From the NCBI GenBank assembly GCA_951406725.2, contig OX597820.1, positions 77,252,001 through 77,316,000 on the forward strand: a DNA stretch of 64,000 nt. The letters are read 5' to 3'. The notes below the pieces were generated by a model. That model saw nothing but the letters and a program-made list of their open reading frames with translations. It made no database searches and was not told the DNA's origin. This DNA is from Octopus vulgaris (Eukaryota). The first letter of the stretch is position 1, and each line of letters opens with the position of its first letter. The position numbers and the translations under genes were made by a program. This document shows positions 13,185 to 27,960 of this stretch, in pieces.

Positions 13185-13620
13185 ACACACACATATATAT
13201 ACGGCCGTATTCAAATAACTCAGCTTAGCGGAGCATTCTAAAATGTATAAAACGGAATACGTTAGTCATTGTACTACATTTGTCAAGCACTCAACTCGAC
13301 AGTCCATCAACTCATTTTGAAATCTGATGATTACTACGAATGCATGAAAGCGCTAAATGAACTTTATGAACATTACAAAATATTTTTTTAATGCTTAACA
13401 CACTTCAGCATTGCAAAACACTTTTTTAAAAATATGATAATAAAAAACCCGTAAGCCAGATCATGTTGTAACATTATTTAACTGATGTATACATATATTC
13501 TGAGTACGCACATGAATGTGAAACAAGTTGGAACAAGTAGTACACTTATATCGGAGTATAAATAAAGCTGAAAAGATATCACAAAAACTGTTACTCAGAG
13601 CTTAACATTCCCAACAAAAA

Positions 13621-13658
13621 CTGTCCGACGATCGGAAAAGTGAAACTCTAAGTAACAG
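13621..13658 (+). ncRNA. Degenerate HHR-like motif (U4C core) in an inverted pair spanning about 13560-13690
   Basis: CTGT | CCGACGA | TCGGAAAAGT | GAA ACTC T AAGT A | ACAG; same family as 39063-39100; partial inverted copy at about 13588-13612. Confidence 0.5.
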
Positions 13659-13703
13659 CCTTTGTAATGTCTTTGCAGCTTTATCAATAACTGTATATAT
13701 ATA

Positions 13704-13801
<98 letters not shown>

Positions 13802-13808
13802 GTATATA

Positions 13809-13993
<185 letters not shown>

Positions 13994-14625
13994 GTTTGAA
14001 TTTACCAGCTAAATAATCAATATTTGTCTTCATATTTTGTAGTTTATAGTAATCGAAATATAATTATATATTACAGTTTCTAGTCTCCAATATTTGTTCC
14101 TAATATTGCTGTGATTGTGTGCATGGGCATATGCTGCATGGTGCGCTTTCTTAATAAGACATTTATAACCCAAATCTGCAATTATTTCAGAGTTATTATC
14201 ATATTAACTTTAAGTATCTCTTAAGTTCTGTTGTAAATTCGAAGGATCATTATGCATTACTAAACACACTCATCGTTTCCTTGATGTCCTTAATTATTAT
14301 ATGTCAATTCGTTGATATTTAACTAATTAAATAATCCAGTCCTTGACTCATAATCGACCGGTCGATTAAATAATGAGCTAACGTTTTGAAAGTCCTTTCG
14401 TAACCCATACACGACCTAATTAATTAAATGTCTTGCGCTTTGTGAGGGGCAGCATATGTGCGTCTCGTAAAATTCAACTGCAAGCGATTGAGATAAGATT
14501 TCAATACGGCCTCGTAAAGCCCTCACCCGCAACAATTACTCAAACATACCAATGAGTAGAAGGTTAGTCAACTTAATGGTGTAAAGACGTCATCCAGCAA
14601 TAAATGGTGGATATAGCGACGAGAC

Positions 14626-14665
14626 ACTACTACTACTACTGCTACTACTACTGCTGCTACTACTA

Positions 14666-14700
<35 letters not shown>

Positions 14701-14731
14701 ACTACTACTGCTACTACTACTACTATTACTA
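14626..14731. repeat. (TAC)n/(TGC)n trinucleotide repeat
   Basis: Direct reading. Confidence 0.95.
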
Positions 14732-15126
14732 CACAACATTTAATATGCGTCAGATCAAAAATTACCGCAATGTATTATTCACTGCCGTAATAAGATTTTG
14801 TTAACGATGGTTACTCTTTTTTTGTTATTATATTAGTTTGAGTAGCCAACTCATATTAATTATGGACACTTAATATATGATATTCAAATATACATAATAT
14901 CGAAAATAATATTCCATCAACACTGCAATGTATAAATAAGTCAACGAGAAATAACCAATATTTTATTGAATCACATTATTGCTTTTCATATCACAAATTA
15001 GCAACATTTAGATGGCGTACGTGAGAACTACTTATTTAATACTTAAACGTTTTTATCGGAAATATTGATCAGTATAATTTCTTAGATAAGATCAGCTTTT
15101 AGAAATGAACCTCTCATACCCCCCCC

Positions 15127-15188
<62 letters not shown>

Positions 15189-15502
15189 GTATGTATGTAT
15201 GTTTCCGCGTATGTGTGTGTGCGTGCTTGTACAATTGTTTATATTGATTTAGTTTGATTTCAAGTACAGCTTTCGCAAATAAGATGCAATTTCTGATTGA
15301 ATCGAATCTGATAGTATTACTCGTAATTATTTTTCAACACTGGCCTACTGAATGTTTTGGTGAATTATTCATTATATATCAATCAGCCAAGTTACATTCA
15401 AAATTTCCCTTTTATATATTTGTTTTTCGTACTCTGTACCTACCTACAATTATAATTATATATCTACGTCTGTTTCTCCCTTTCTATCTCTATCTCTCTC
15501 CT

Positions 15503-15553
<51 letters not shown>

Positions 15554-15555
<2 letters not shown>

Positions 15556-15800
15556 AGGCGCGTGGCTTAGTGGTTAGGTTGTCAGCATCCTGATCGTAAG
15601 ATTGTGGTTTCGATTCCTGGACCGGGTGACGCGTTGTGTTCTTGAGCAACACACTTCTTTTCACGTTGCTCCAGTCAACTCAGGTGGCAAAAGTGCGTAA
15701 CACTGCGATGGATTGGCGTCCCGTCCAGCTGGGGAACACATACGCCATAGAAACCTGGAAACCGGGCCCAAAAGCCTAGCTAGGCTTTAAAAGGGCGCAT
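15554..15800 (+). mobile_element. tRNA-derived SINE family B
   Basis: GGAGGCGCGTGGCTTAGTGG (A box), GGTTTCGATTCC (B box), TGTTCTTGAGCAACACACTT core; related copies at 19680 and 22480. Confidence 0.88.
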
Positions 15801-15956
15801 TTAATTATTATTTCAAAGTGCCAGCCTTGTCAGACTTTGTGTCACGCTGAATCAACAGAGGACTACGTTAAGAGTACAATTTAGAGTAGCATCGAGATAA
15901 ACTTATTTGGAAATGGATGCGTCGCGTTCAAATAATAATAATAATCATAATCATAA

Positions 15957-16012
<56 letters not shown>

Positions 16013-16716
16013 ATTATTATTATTATTATTATATGATTGAACGCCACGCATCCATTTCCAAATAAGTTTATCTTAATAATTTTGATGCGTACCGTTCTAT
16101 TTGTCTTCCTTTCTCTAATTATTTTTCTCCCATTCTTCTCCTTTCGTTTGTTTCTCATCCTTTCTCTAACTCTTTTTTCCCCTTGACCGTTTTCTATCTG
16201 TCTCTCTATCACTCCCTCTTCCTCTTTTACTCCCTCGTTGCTCACACGTGACCATATCCATATTTCCTTACCTCACGCGATCCTCTTTCTATTATTTCCG
16301 TCTGTCGTGCAGACCAGACGCATTTTTATCTATCTCCAATGTTTTCTCTTGTCAATGAATATTCCTCCAGCGTTCGCTACCTTACCTTTTCTGGCCTAAC
16401 GGCCCTCCATGTTTGTTTTCGTTTGGTTTGTTGTATGTCTCCACTGTCCTTTGATTGTTACCAACTTTGACCCTCCGCAAATCCCCAATTTTATTTTGGT
16501 CCGCGGGAAGCCTAATATTGTGGTTACTTCTCTAAATGTGGAGTAGATGAACGACCGAAAACTGATGAAGGATCCGTCTTTATGTTACTTGTCTTGCTTT
16601 CCATTTGTTTCTTTCGTTGTTCGCATACTCATTTGCCCTCGTATTTCATGTTGTTTCTGTTCTGTGACGTCCTGTACCAATATATGCACATATATATATA
16701 TATATATATATATCAA

Positions 16717-16955
16717 CGAGATTTGTACTTAAAGACGGACGAAATGCCGCTAAGCGTCTTACCCGATGTGCTCACGATTCTGCCAGCTCGCCGCCTATGT
16801 AGCTCTGAAGGTATTGGTTTACAACTGTGACACAATGCCAGCAATTTCGGGGGAGGGTGTAAGTCGGATACATCGGCCTTAGTGTTCAACTGTTACTTAT
16901 TTTAGCGAAAACATGAAAGGCAAAGTCGACCTGGGCAGAGTAGCTTTAAACGTAT
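16717..16955 (-). mobile_element. Two SINE A fragments, duplicated at 19110-19349
   Basis: Reverse-complement family A motifs; the two blocks share non-SINE junction sequence. Confidence 0.8.
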
Positions 16956-16997
16956 ATATAAGTATGTACATGTATGTATGTATATATGCATACACAC

Positions 16998-17049
<52 letters not shown>

Positions 17050-17262
17050 CGTATGAATATATGTATAAATATATATATGTGTGTGTATAGGTACATATAT
17101 ACATGCATATTTACATATATATATACACGCACACAACCATATATATGTATATGTATAAATATATATATGTGTGTGTGTGTATGTATATGTGTATAGGTAC
17201 ATATATATATGCATATTTACATATATATACACGCACACAACCCTATATATGTATATGTATGC

Positions 17263-17295
<33 letters not shown>

Positions 17296-17305
17296 TATAT
17301 GTATG

Positions 17306-17360
<55 letters not shown>

Positions 17361-19679
17361 GTATGTATGTATGCATGTATGTATGTACACGAATGTAAAA
17401 TTTGCCTGTATATAATCTTGTATGCTTTTGTTTCTGTTTCTGTGAGGCTTTATTCTTAATCCCATTCAAAATATATTTTCTCTCCTGAATATTATATAAT
17501 ATTAATTACAAGACGAAACGCATATTTGTTGGTGCTATATTCTAAATTTAATTATCGTTCTTTAATATTTCTCCTAACATGTTTGAGAGTAAACATTTTA
17601 TATAATTAGATTAGTTCTTTTAGGTGCTTTTAACTAATGACATCCTTTGTACTCCCATTTGTAGTATTTGAATATACTGTTAATATGATTACGTGTTTCT
17701 TGGAAAATATGATAATGCAAAAACATCAGGTAAATATAGTGAAAGGCGTCAGTTATGCAAATCCTTATTTAACTTCTGGAAATTTACTAATAGATAAACT
17801 GCCTGGTAAAATTTCATTCACATTATTAGTTTCGTAGTTATATGAGAGAAATATGATAATAAATTTTAAAACATGTTAAATATAAATATATATAAGCATC
17901 GCCATGAAATAAATTAATTAATTTCAATGCGAAAAGAATATGTCCTTAAGCCACTACGTAATGAGTTATATAGTGCGTACACTATGCCGTTATCGCTTTC
18001 ACGAATAAGGGGACATTAATATTCTCATCATTTTATTCTCTTCGGAAATAACAAATGTTAGCGAATGTAACATTTCTATATGTTAAAAATTAATCCAAAG
18101 TAAGCATTTTAAATGTATACACTATACATTAAAAAATCAATGCTATGCATGCGTTGCCATAAGTTGGCTCTAATTTGTGTAGTCGTGATGTGACGTAAAC
18201 TCCAGGTACTTATAAAGTGTATATGCACGGGTGTTTGTATATCGTATCATCGTTGTTTTATATAGGTATATGAGCGGTTTGTAAGCTTGTTTACGTCTAT
18301 GAACATTTTACTTGTTTATATACCTAGAGGAGAGATTAATATAACTACTTTCAAATAAGTAACAAGCTGTGACAATCATTTTATAACATAGAAATATTAT
18401 TTTCATTTGAATTTTCACACTTCAAGACAAATGTCATTATATCTATGTTATTTGCTTATTGTATTATGTAATATTCATAAGGAGATTAATTATTGTCAAA
18501 TTTTCTACAATTATTGAAGCTTTAAATAAAGGGTGATACAAAAGCAGGTATTCAGGTGTGAAAAAGGAAGCATCTACAATACTTCGTTTGGGGATTTCGT
18601 TTGCAAGATTCTTTATATGAGTTCGTGTGTTGAAGCATATTCTGTTGTTTCTGGGGAGAGTCATTTTCTTTTTGTGCCTTATAATTTAACACACCGGTAA
18701 ACATTTATTTAAGAAATAAGTGGAGATTTTAGCGGTGAGTGTGTTAAATTATAAGTCAAAAAACTAAATGACACTCCTCAGTCACAACAGAATCTACAAT
18801 ACTCATTTAGGTTTATCAGGAAAATTAAAAGTTACGATAAAAATATTATAGTTATGATAAATGCCTTATTATGATTAATGACACTGAAAATATTTTAAAA
18901 TGAGGCTAACTAATTTAATGTGCTAATAATTTTGATAAATTAAGTATTATAACAATAATGTGATACTTACTGTATACCTAATTTGTACTCACCTGTATAT
19001 TGCATTCAGATTATGTCACAAAACCAACGATTTTAGGAGAAGAGTGAAGTCAATTACCTCCCTCACTAAGCACAACTCCCAGAAGAATAGAAGGCAAAGG
19101 CACTCTCGACGAGATGTATACTTAAAGACGGACGAAATGCTGCTGAGCGGTCTTACCCGATGTGCTCACGATTCTGCCAGCTCACCGCCTATGTCGCTCT
19201 GAAGGTATTGGTTTCCAACTGTGGCACAAGGCCAGCAATTCCGGGGGAGGGTGTAAGTCGGATACATCGGCCTTAGTGTTCAACTGTTATTTATTTTAAC
19301 GAAAACAAGAAAGGCAAAGTCGACCTGGGCAGAGTAGCTTTAAACGTATTTATGTATATTTTAATAAACACTATAAGTGTAGGCATAAAATTGTTGGAAA
19401 TGTTTGTGTCAGATAGAAAATGTTACCAAAAATTCCTCCAGACTTCAAATCTCGACGTAAACAAATTTGGTTTCAATGAATTTGATGTTGCAAAATTATG
19501 GACGTATCCAAATGTGTGGGTGGGAATAATTATGAGAATAGTGGCTCAATTATACAGTATCATTGTGAGTTCGAATCATAAGGATGCAAGACGGCAAATA
19601 ATTTTTGAAGTGAAAATTGGTTGAAGGCTAAAACAGAAATATATTTATAAACTGTAATGGTGGTTTTTGTTAGAGAGAG

Positions 19680-19930
19680 TGGGACGCGTGGCTTAGCGGT
19701 TAAGGTTTTGGACTCATGATTGTAAGATTGTGGTTTCGATTCCTGGACTGGGCAATAAGTTGTGTTCTTCAGCAAAACACTACTTTTCACGTTGTTCCAT
19801 AGCACTGAGCAGGCAAAAGTGAGTAATCCTGCGATGGATCAGCGTCCCGTCCAGATGGGGAATTTCTACGCCACTGAAGCCGGGGAAACCGGCCCGTATG
19901 AGCCTGGCATGGCTCGAGAAGGAAACATTT
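19680..19930 (+). mobile_element. SINE family B
   Basis: Matches 15554-15800. Confidence 0.85.
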
Positions 19931-20288
19931 CTTCTTCTTCTTTGGTACAGAGGAATATTCAGAAAACATTTTGGTGCAAGTCCAGCAAGTTTCGAGCAGG
20001 GTCTATGTTGTTGAAATAGAGCTTCTTTTTCAACTAGTAATTATTTTATTGACACCAAAGGATGAAAAGGAAAGTAAAAGACGTAAAATTTGAGCTCAGA
20101 CTTTAAAGACTAATGAAATGGTGCCAAGCATTCTATGCGGCCTGCAAATGAATCTTCAAAGAAAATAACATATATCAAGATGGGAATCGTGCCACAATAT
20201 TAGGAATAGTAGAAATGATTTTTGGAACACAAATTAATTTGATACAAAACAATATCTTTTAGAACGTATGATTTAAGTTTCACTGTAG

Positions 20289-20336
<48 letters not shown>

Positions 20337-20777
20337 GTCAATATGCCATGGTTCCCAGTGTATCCGCAAACTCTATATTTTTGCTGTGCAACATTTTTAG
20401 AAAATGTAGAACACATTATCAAAAGCTTAATTGTCGTAAACATTACTTCAGAAAAATACAGTCATTTATACATTAGCAAGAATGGATTTTAATGCGATCG
20501 CTGCGACACGATTAACACATTGATTTCAATTAATTAAATTTCACTTCATAGAGTATATACTTTTATCGTTATCTTTCTCGCATGTAATCCATTTTTTTAC
20601 GTAACTTATGAATGAGATGATAATGGCATTAACAGTTCTGAATTTTGATCCGCACAAAAGCATTTAAATTAAATGATGAGAGCAACTTGAGTATAGTTAA
20701 AATAGCTTGCTATATATAATTTATATTTATTCACCGGATTTTTCTAGCAGGAATATATTGATACGCCTTATATATAT

Positions 20778-21180
20778 CTATCCATGTAACCGCTCGGTTA
20801 CTCGATGGATCATTGTTCTCCAGCCAGTTTTATCCTGGCTCGCTTCTTTCAGATTGGCCATGGCCATTCCCGTGTCACTCTTGATGGTGTCAAGGCAGCG
20901 AGTTCTTGGTCGGCCTCTTCCTCTCTTGCCACTGACCATTCGGAGCATGGTGTCCTTCCCCAGGGATTTTCTCTTCATAATATGACCAAAATATGCCAAT
21001 CTATGCTTGGTAATCCTAGCTTCCAGCGAAAGTTTCGGCTTGATCTGGTTAAGAACTTCTCGATCGGTGAGCATCGCTGTCCATGGAACCCGTAAAAGTC
21101 TTCTCCAACACTAAAGGACGAATGCATTAATTCTCTTCAGGTCAGCTTTCTTTAGTGCCAAGTTCTTGCATCCATATGTT
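20778..21180 (-). mobile_element. RTE (BovB-like) LINE 3' fragment
   Basis: YGCKNLALKKADLKRINAF..CWRRLLRVPWTA..TDREVL..LAYFGHIM..VSGKRGRGRPRTRCLDTIK..WRTMIHRVT is the typical RTE-BovB C-terminus. Confidence 0.9.
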
Positions 21181-22479
21181 GATACATATAAACCAGAAAT
21201 GAAGAACTCAAAACAATAAATTTAACAAATATAAATTCAATTCAATTTAAATATGTTATACAAACCAGTGATACATCTCATAGGTTACATCTGTTTCCGC
21301 TTCATTAATAAAACGAAGATTTTCATGAATAATGAAATTCTATTTAAATATGTAATGATGCTTCATCAGATTAACATAACTTCTTAACTATTTGATGTCT
21401 ACTGTCTACATAATTTGCTTACGGGTTAATTTGAATAATTTTAAATTATATCATAACCAGTCGGAACTTCAAATATTTTAAACTGCGTCAGTAAGACAGA
21501 ATATCCCTTCTTGTTTATATTATTTGAAATTTCTTTGTTTTGTTCTTTTTGGTTTTACATCGATATATGATGATCCAGCTGTTTAATATATACAATCATA
21601 TGACAAAACTACCATTGTATTTGTCTCCAGTTAATCAGTTATATATCAATACATTCGAATCGTAAATTTATGTCATGAATTATGCTAACATATAGAGAAC
21701 ATCTTTGTAAGGTGTATCCGCGATAACTACATAGTGTTTCCTATGTCTGATAGAGCTCCGATTAATAATGCATAATTCATTTATATTTTTGGAGAAACTT
21801 ATGGCTTAACATTCGATAAAGTGGAATGTGTGCTTACTATCTGCATATATATACTTATACGCATGTATGTACCATGTATATGGATAGCTGGACTGACGGA
21901 TTCATACGTATGTTTCTTTGTGTGTCCTGGTAAGAATGTATGTATGTGTTTGTTCCACTGACGTACACCACGATGGACATAAATTATAGGCTACAAATGA
22001 CAGCCTTCTGGCAGCCTTATCAACGTGACCTAAAACGTCAGTGACTACTGACACGCTCATCGGAAAAGTGGGATGGAGGTCGTCAGTTTAAAACATAAAA
22101 TATAAAACAATTAAATACGTTATTCTCATGACACAACTGCGATGAGATTTGTTCAGTTTCAATGCAATTCACTTATGTGACAGGTAAACCATGTATTGTA
22201 ATTCAGTTATTTTACTTTTGTTGCGAATTCAACTCATACTTGATGCTTTAGTATATTGAGTTAATTCTTCTCTCAATTTCTTCATAAAACTTAAATCCTT
22301 AATGACAGCATGTGTGTTAAAATGCATCCGAATTTAATGCCCTGGAGATCACGCTATTTTGACGTAAGTTTAACTGAGGTGTGTCAACGTAAGTTTTACT
22401 GATGTACGTGCAAATCTAAAATTTTCTGTATTTTTCCGTATTATAAAAATAAATGCGCTCTTTTAAAGTGTAGCCAGCA

Positions 22480-22691
22480 ACATGGGCCCGGTTTCAATGG
22501 CGCATGTGCTCCCCAGCTGGTTAGGACGTCACTCCATCGCAGCGTTACTCATTTTTGCCAGCTGAGTGGACTGGAGCACGTGAAATGAAGTGTTTTGCTC
22601 AGGAACACAACGCGTCGCCCGGTCCAGGTATCGAAACCACAATCTTATGATCATGATGCTGACACCCTAACAACTAAGCCACGCGCCTCCA
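22480..22691 (-). mobile_element. SINE family B
   Basis: Reverse complement of the family B head and core. Confidence 0.85.
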
Positions 22692-23997
22692 CTTTCCGTA
22701 TTATGCCGACAATATAAATAACAAGTCGAGTTTTCTGGGCTGCCTTATATATTTGCATGTAGAGGAGTTATCTGAACTAATTTCTTTTATATCTATTATT
22801 ATAAAATTGAATTTATATTAACATTTTCGATAAAGTGATGTTTCCAATGTTTAATTATCAAATATTGAAATTATGCTGCACTAAATTTAATCCCGAAGTC
22901 AGCAAGTTTAGAGCAAAAAAGGTTGGTCGATATGGTCAATTTCAGCTCTTCAGTGTTATTTCATTCACCATGAATCTATGACGGGTAAAGTTAAAGTCGG
23001 TTGAATTTGGAAAACGTAGGAACAAATGCTGCAAGGCTTTTCAACAAATTCTGTAAAGCTTCTGAGAGCCTGCTATTATACGAATTAAACCGAATTGAGT
23101 TTATTTATTTCAGAATGGATTCCTGATCATTAATACTTAAAAATAATGTTTCGCCTTTGGAGTGTGTAATTGGTTTTTCTCTTCAATACGTAACCTGTCT
23201 GAATGCTTGCTGAAATTGTATGATCTCCAGGGCATTAAACTCGGATGTATTTTAACACAAGCTGTCATTAGCGATTTGATTTTTATGGAGAAATGGAAAG
23301 AAGTAATTAACTCAATATACTACATCATCAAGCATGTGTTGAATTCACTACAAATGTAAAACTGTCATGTTCAATATTCAATGAAGCAAAAGCGTTATTA
23401 AATATAGGCTTCTTTTTCGCAAAATACACTCCGTACACTTAAAAGTCTATGATCCTTTACTACATAATTGTATCGCTTTAATTTAAAATTTGGGGAATAC
23501 TAAAGACGAATGTTACTAAAAACTTCCGTTTTATATTTGTATATTTATATGATGATGCCCTGTCAACATAGTCCGCTTGGTGCTGGTTGTCTAGTCTCTG
23601 AGGTATATATATAGGTTCAGAATTGTACTTTACACCAAACCTCGATTAATTGCATACATCGTCAGACATTATATATATATACAATCTGATTCACTACTTT
23701 TTATTAAACTTCCTATCACTTTGAAATACCTCTTAATTATATCGACTACTAGTCAGTATGTAACCTCTTGTTTTGATGAATATATTTTCCACTTTGTTCG
23801 CCTACAATTTCCGAACCGTTGTAACAGTTAGAACATTAATAAATGGCTATTAAGCTTAATTCAAAGTATATTTGTGTATTTTGTGGGAATATCCTAAATT
23901 GCTCCAATATATATATATATTTGTGTGTGTGTGTGTGTGTGTATACATATATGTACGTCCATATGTATATGCATATATGAATATGTATATATATATA

Positions 23998-24049
<52 letters not shown>

Positions 24050-24673
24050 TATATATATATATACATATTCATATATGCATATACATATAGACGTACATAT
24101 ATGTATACACATACACATATATATATATGCCTGTGTGTGTATGTGTATATATGTACATATATATATATACATATATATATATGTACATATATACACACAT
24201 ATATATATATATGTACATTTATACACATACACACACAGGTATATATATATATATATATATATGCCTGTGTGTGTATGTGTATATATGCACACACACACAT
24301 ATATATATATGTATTTGTATTGCTTTTGCGTACTGTTCTTGTCACTTTTTTTTAACACTCCGCAAAAAATTTTATTAAATTCATTTTGCGGGAAGGACTG
24401 CTTCGGCCGGATCGTGTTCTGCCTTAACTACGAAACACGCATTGAGTCGAAACAGGAGCAGCTGAAGAAGGGGAATGTTCCTTGTGTTGGTTGTCTTGTA
24501 CTCTGTTTTTTCGTTGTTAAAAAAGTCCGTTTCCTTGTTTGGTTTTATGTCTTCGTTTTTCGTTGTGTTCTACGTTTATTTGTGGTGTCCTGTACTCATA
24601 TATGCATGTATATATACATATAGATGTTGGTATATACATATATGTATGTATGTATGCATATGTTTTATTTATT

Positions 24674-24733
<60 letters not shown>

Positions 24734-25275
24734 TCTATATTTATATAAGCACATACACAAGTATATGTGGATAGATACTCATATGTGTGTATGAGTGTGC
24801 ATGCGTACAGGTGTTTGTGTGTGTGTTTGTGTTTGTGTGTGCGTATATGTTGTATCTATCATAAAAGTGTCGAAACACGAAATATAATTCGTTTTTAATG
24901 GTGGAACTTGATGTACACAAAAATCTGTAAATAACACCGTATAACATACTGGGTAAAATAAAACACACAGACACACACGTTTACATGTATGAAAGTGTTT
25001 TTTAAAAAAAATATATTTGCTACCTTCACAATATTTACACAATGATTCTATTTTTAAAATCTTATTATCTATTTATCTATTAACTAAATGAAAAATTATT
25101 TACGGAGCTGAACTGTCACTAACCATTGAGGAAGTGGTTTTCATCCAGTGTGCATTTGTGTGTAAGCGCTTTCGCTGTTGGACTTTTCAAAGAGTCGAAT
25201 CGATACGGGTATGTGTGTACGTGTGTATGTATATGTGCGTATGCACAAACGCACGCACGCACGCTTATGTGTATG

Positions 25276-25346
<71 letters not shown>

Positions 25347-25374
25347 TCATATATTATTATTTTCTTTTTTCTTT

Positions 25375-25569
25375 TATTTGTTTCAGTCATTTCACTGCGA
25401 CCATGCTCGAGCACCGCCTTTAGTCGAGACAATCGACCCCAGGACTTATTCCTTGCAAGCCTAGTACTTATTTTATCGGTCTCTCTTGTCGAACCGCTAA
25501 GTGACGGGGACGCAAACACACCAGCTTCGGTTGTGAAGCGATGTTGGGGGGACAAACACAGACACACAA

Positions 25570-25610
<41 letters not shown>

Positions 25611-25770
25611 CACGACGGGCTTCTTTCAGTTTCTGTCTACCAAATCCATTCAGAAGCCATTCGTCTGCCCGATGTTACAGTAGAAGACACAAGACACTTG
25701 CCCAAGGTGGGACTGAACCCGGAGCCATGTGGTTGGTAATGAAGCTACTTACCACACAACCACTCCCAGG
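25375..25770 (-). mobile_element. SINE family C, full length with internal microsatellite
   Basis: Both halves present, joined by a CA/TA tract. Confidence 0.85.
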
Positions 25771-26619
25771 CCTATATATATATATATACACACTCTCACA
25801 CATATGTATTGCAGTATTTCTTTATTTCTTTTATCCCCATGCCAAATTGTGTTGAGCGTTAAGAAATATTGTCGGAACATTTTATTTATATGTAAAGCAC
25901 GGCTAAAATCTAACAAAGAATGCAACTGTATCGTTACAATTACACCCCGGGGAACGCTTAGACCATTCTGCCTGGAGGCTAATTTACTTACAAAGGCTAA
26001 GGAAGAATGCCAATCCGGTTTAATAATGTATCACATTCTGCGGGACTCTAAATATATATGGTAAAAAATAAATGAAAATTAACAAATAAAGCATTATTAA
26101 CAGAAAAAAAAACATCTGCTTTTGGCATTGAACGAAGCCAAATTGTGTACTGTATGTAAAAGCATGAGTCAATACAGCTTAAGAAATGTATACTCAAAGA
26201 ACAGATATAACATTGCCTATACAGATTTACTTTCATCAAAGCAAAGGAGATTATGGTACAACAGAGTTTAGACTGAAACTTGGCGATCACAAAACTGGAG
26301 ATAGGAAATTCCTCATCACTCCACTATAAACTGCGATAGGTCTTTTTGTGAAATACGAAATGAAATTGTAAAATTTGATGGAGAATGTCAAGAACATTCA
26401 TTTGAAGTTTAGCCAGAAAAGAGTTTATGGACATGTATGTGTATATTTATTTGAGTGTGTGCTTGTATGCATATTTCTATGTGTATGTGTGAGAGACAGA
26501 CAGACACACTGATAGTAAAACAGAGACAGCTAAACAGCGAAAGGATTGTGTAGTGAGATCGATTTATAAAGATATTGATATAAACATATATTATTCCAGT
26601 CGAATGAATTATAAACACA

Positions 26620-26990
26620 CCTGAAAACCTTGTGGGTTCGCAGACGAAACTCAGAGTAGCATGTGACTTACATGTATAGCATAATATGTACAAAGGGGTG
26701 GTACACAAACTTGGCAACGACGGACATAGGAGAGTCTGCCAGTAGTATCGCTGAGAGGATGAGTGAATGCTATCAAGAATTCAAGGTGGCAAAGACGTCG
26801 TCACTTCTAGACCAACATGCTAAAATTGAATATGGGGGGCACGGCAGATAACATAGATGTTAGAATCTTATCAACGCGTAAAACAGACACAAATCCTGCA
26901 CAGATTACGGTGATTTCACACATAATAGAAAATAAGCTACCTCAACAGAAAAGGAGATGGAAAAATAACGCACTCTCACTCCACCGACCC
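26620..26990 (+). pseudogene. Penelope-like element GIY-YIG endonuclease fragment
   Basis: TYMYSIICTK..TDIGESASSIAERMSEC..KTSSLLDQHAK then GGTADNIDVRILS..QI..HIIENK matches the PLE GIY-YIG pattern (Y.I.C..YIGET.R...R..EH..S.L..H); frameshifted. Confidence 0.75.
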
Positions 26991-27918
26991 TGCAACCCGA
27001 AACCTAAAGGCGGAAGGAAAAAGAAAATTAAATACATAAAGAAAAGTCGCGGGGTTAAAAAGTCTAATATACGAACTCATATACACGCGCAAAAGACACA
27101 CATACCAAAATTTAAACACATTCTCAGATACAGTAGCAGACGCATGCGTAGATTCACATCTATACCACAGAAAGACAAAAAAGCAGGATACATGAGTGGA
27201 GACATGAGGAACAGAATGTCACTAAAGAGGTCACAGAAAGTGTAACGAAAGGACTCTCACAAAACGCACTAATAGAAGTAAAGCCAAAGTCAAGATCTAA
27301 CAAATAGTTCGTGTGGATTGTGGTTCATTTCTAATTTCATTCAAAATGAACCGCAATCATTTACAAGCTATGACCACAGTGAACTTCATGGCATTCTTGG
27401 AAGTGTAGTCTATTCTTCGTTACAACAGCGACAGCATGAATTTTTTCCATCTCCTTGCTCTGTTAAAGTATTTGAGAAAAAGTATATCGATGTGTCCAAC
27501 TGATTAAAATTATATTTATATGTGTAACTGATGATAGCACTGCATTTGAATTGATGTAATTATTGCATTGTTCAATAAATTGGAGCCGCTCGAAACGATC
27601 CTACTGCATCACTTCATGATATCTTGTTGCTTCTTTTGATTTTATTTACCTTACTTCGAGTTGTGCGGATAATACCGGCCTGACTTGGTGCTTCAACTTA
27701 AGTACTTAACTCAACTATATATGTGTGTGTGTGTCCGTGTGTGTGTGCGTGCATATGTGTGTATGTTTGCGTATGTATGTAGGTAATTTGTTGCTATATA
27801 TCCAAGTGTAAATCACAATCCTTTGACGAGCACTACCACAAGGTGATTTATGCATGAAGCGAAACTAACGACAAATATACGACAGAAAAAATCCGAAATA
27901 TCCCTACGTCATACAGGC

Positions 27919-27960
<42 letters not shown>

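Noticed and set aside
14604-14804. Cys/Tyr-rich ORF
   Set aside because: Trinucleotide microsatellite with no splice or coding context.
24395-24480. Permuted hammerhead (GAAAC...CTGAAGA) in the repeat family also at 16440-16680
   Set aside because: Could not build stems I and III; the related copy does not preserve the arrangement.
25164-25190. Minus-strand TTGAAAA-GT..GC-GAAAGCGCTT, a U3-A8 HHR-like core with palindrome
   Set aside because: No stem I pairing and only 2-bp stem II; possibly a decayed copy, not counted.
27582-27600. GAGC-C-GCTC-GAAAC half motif
   Set aside because: No upstream core sequence.
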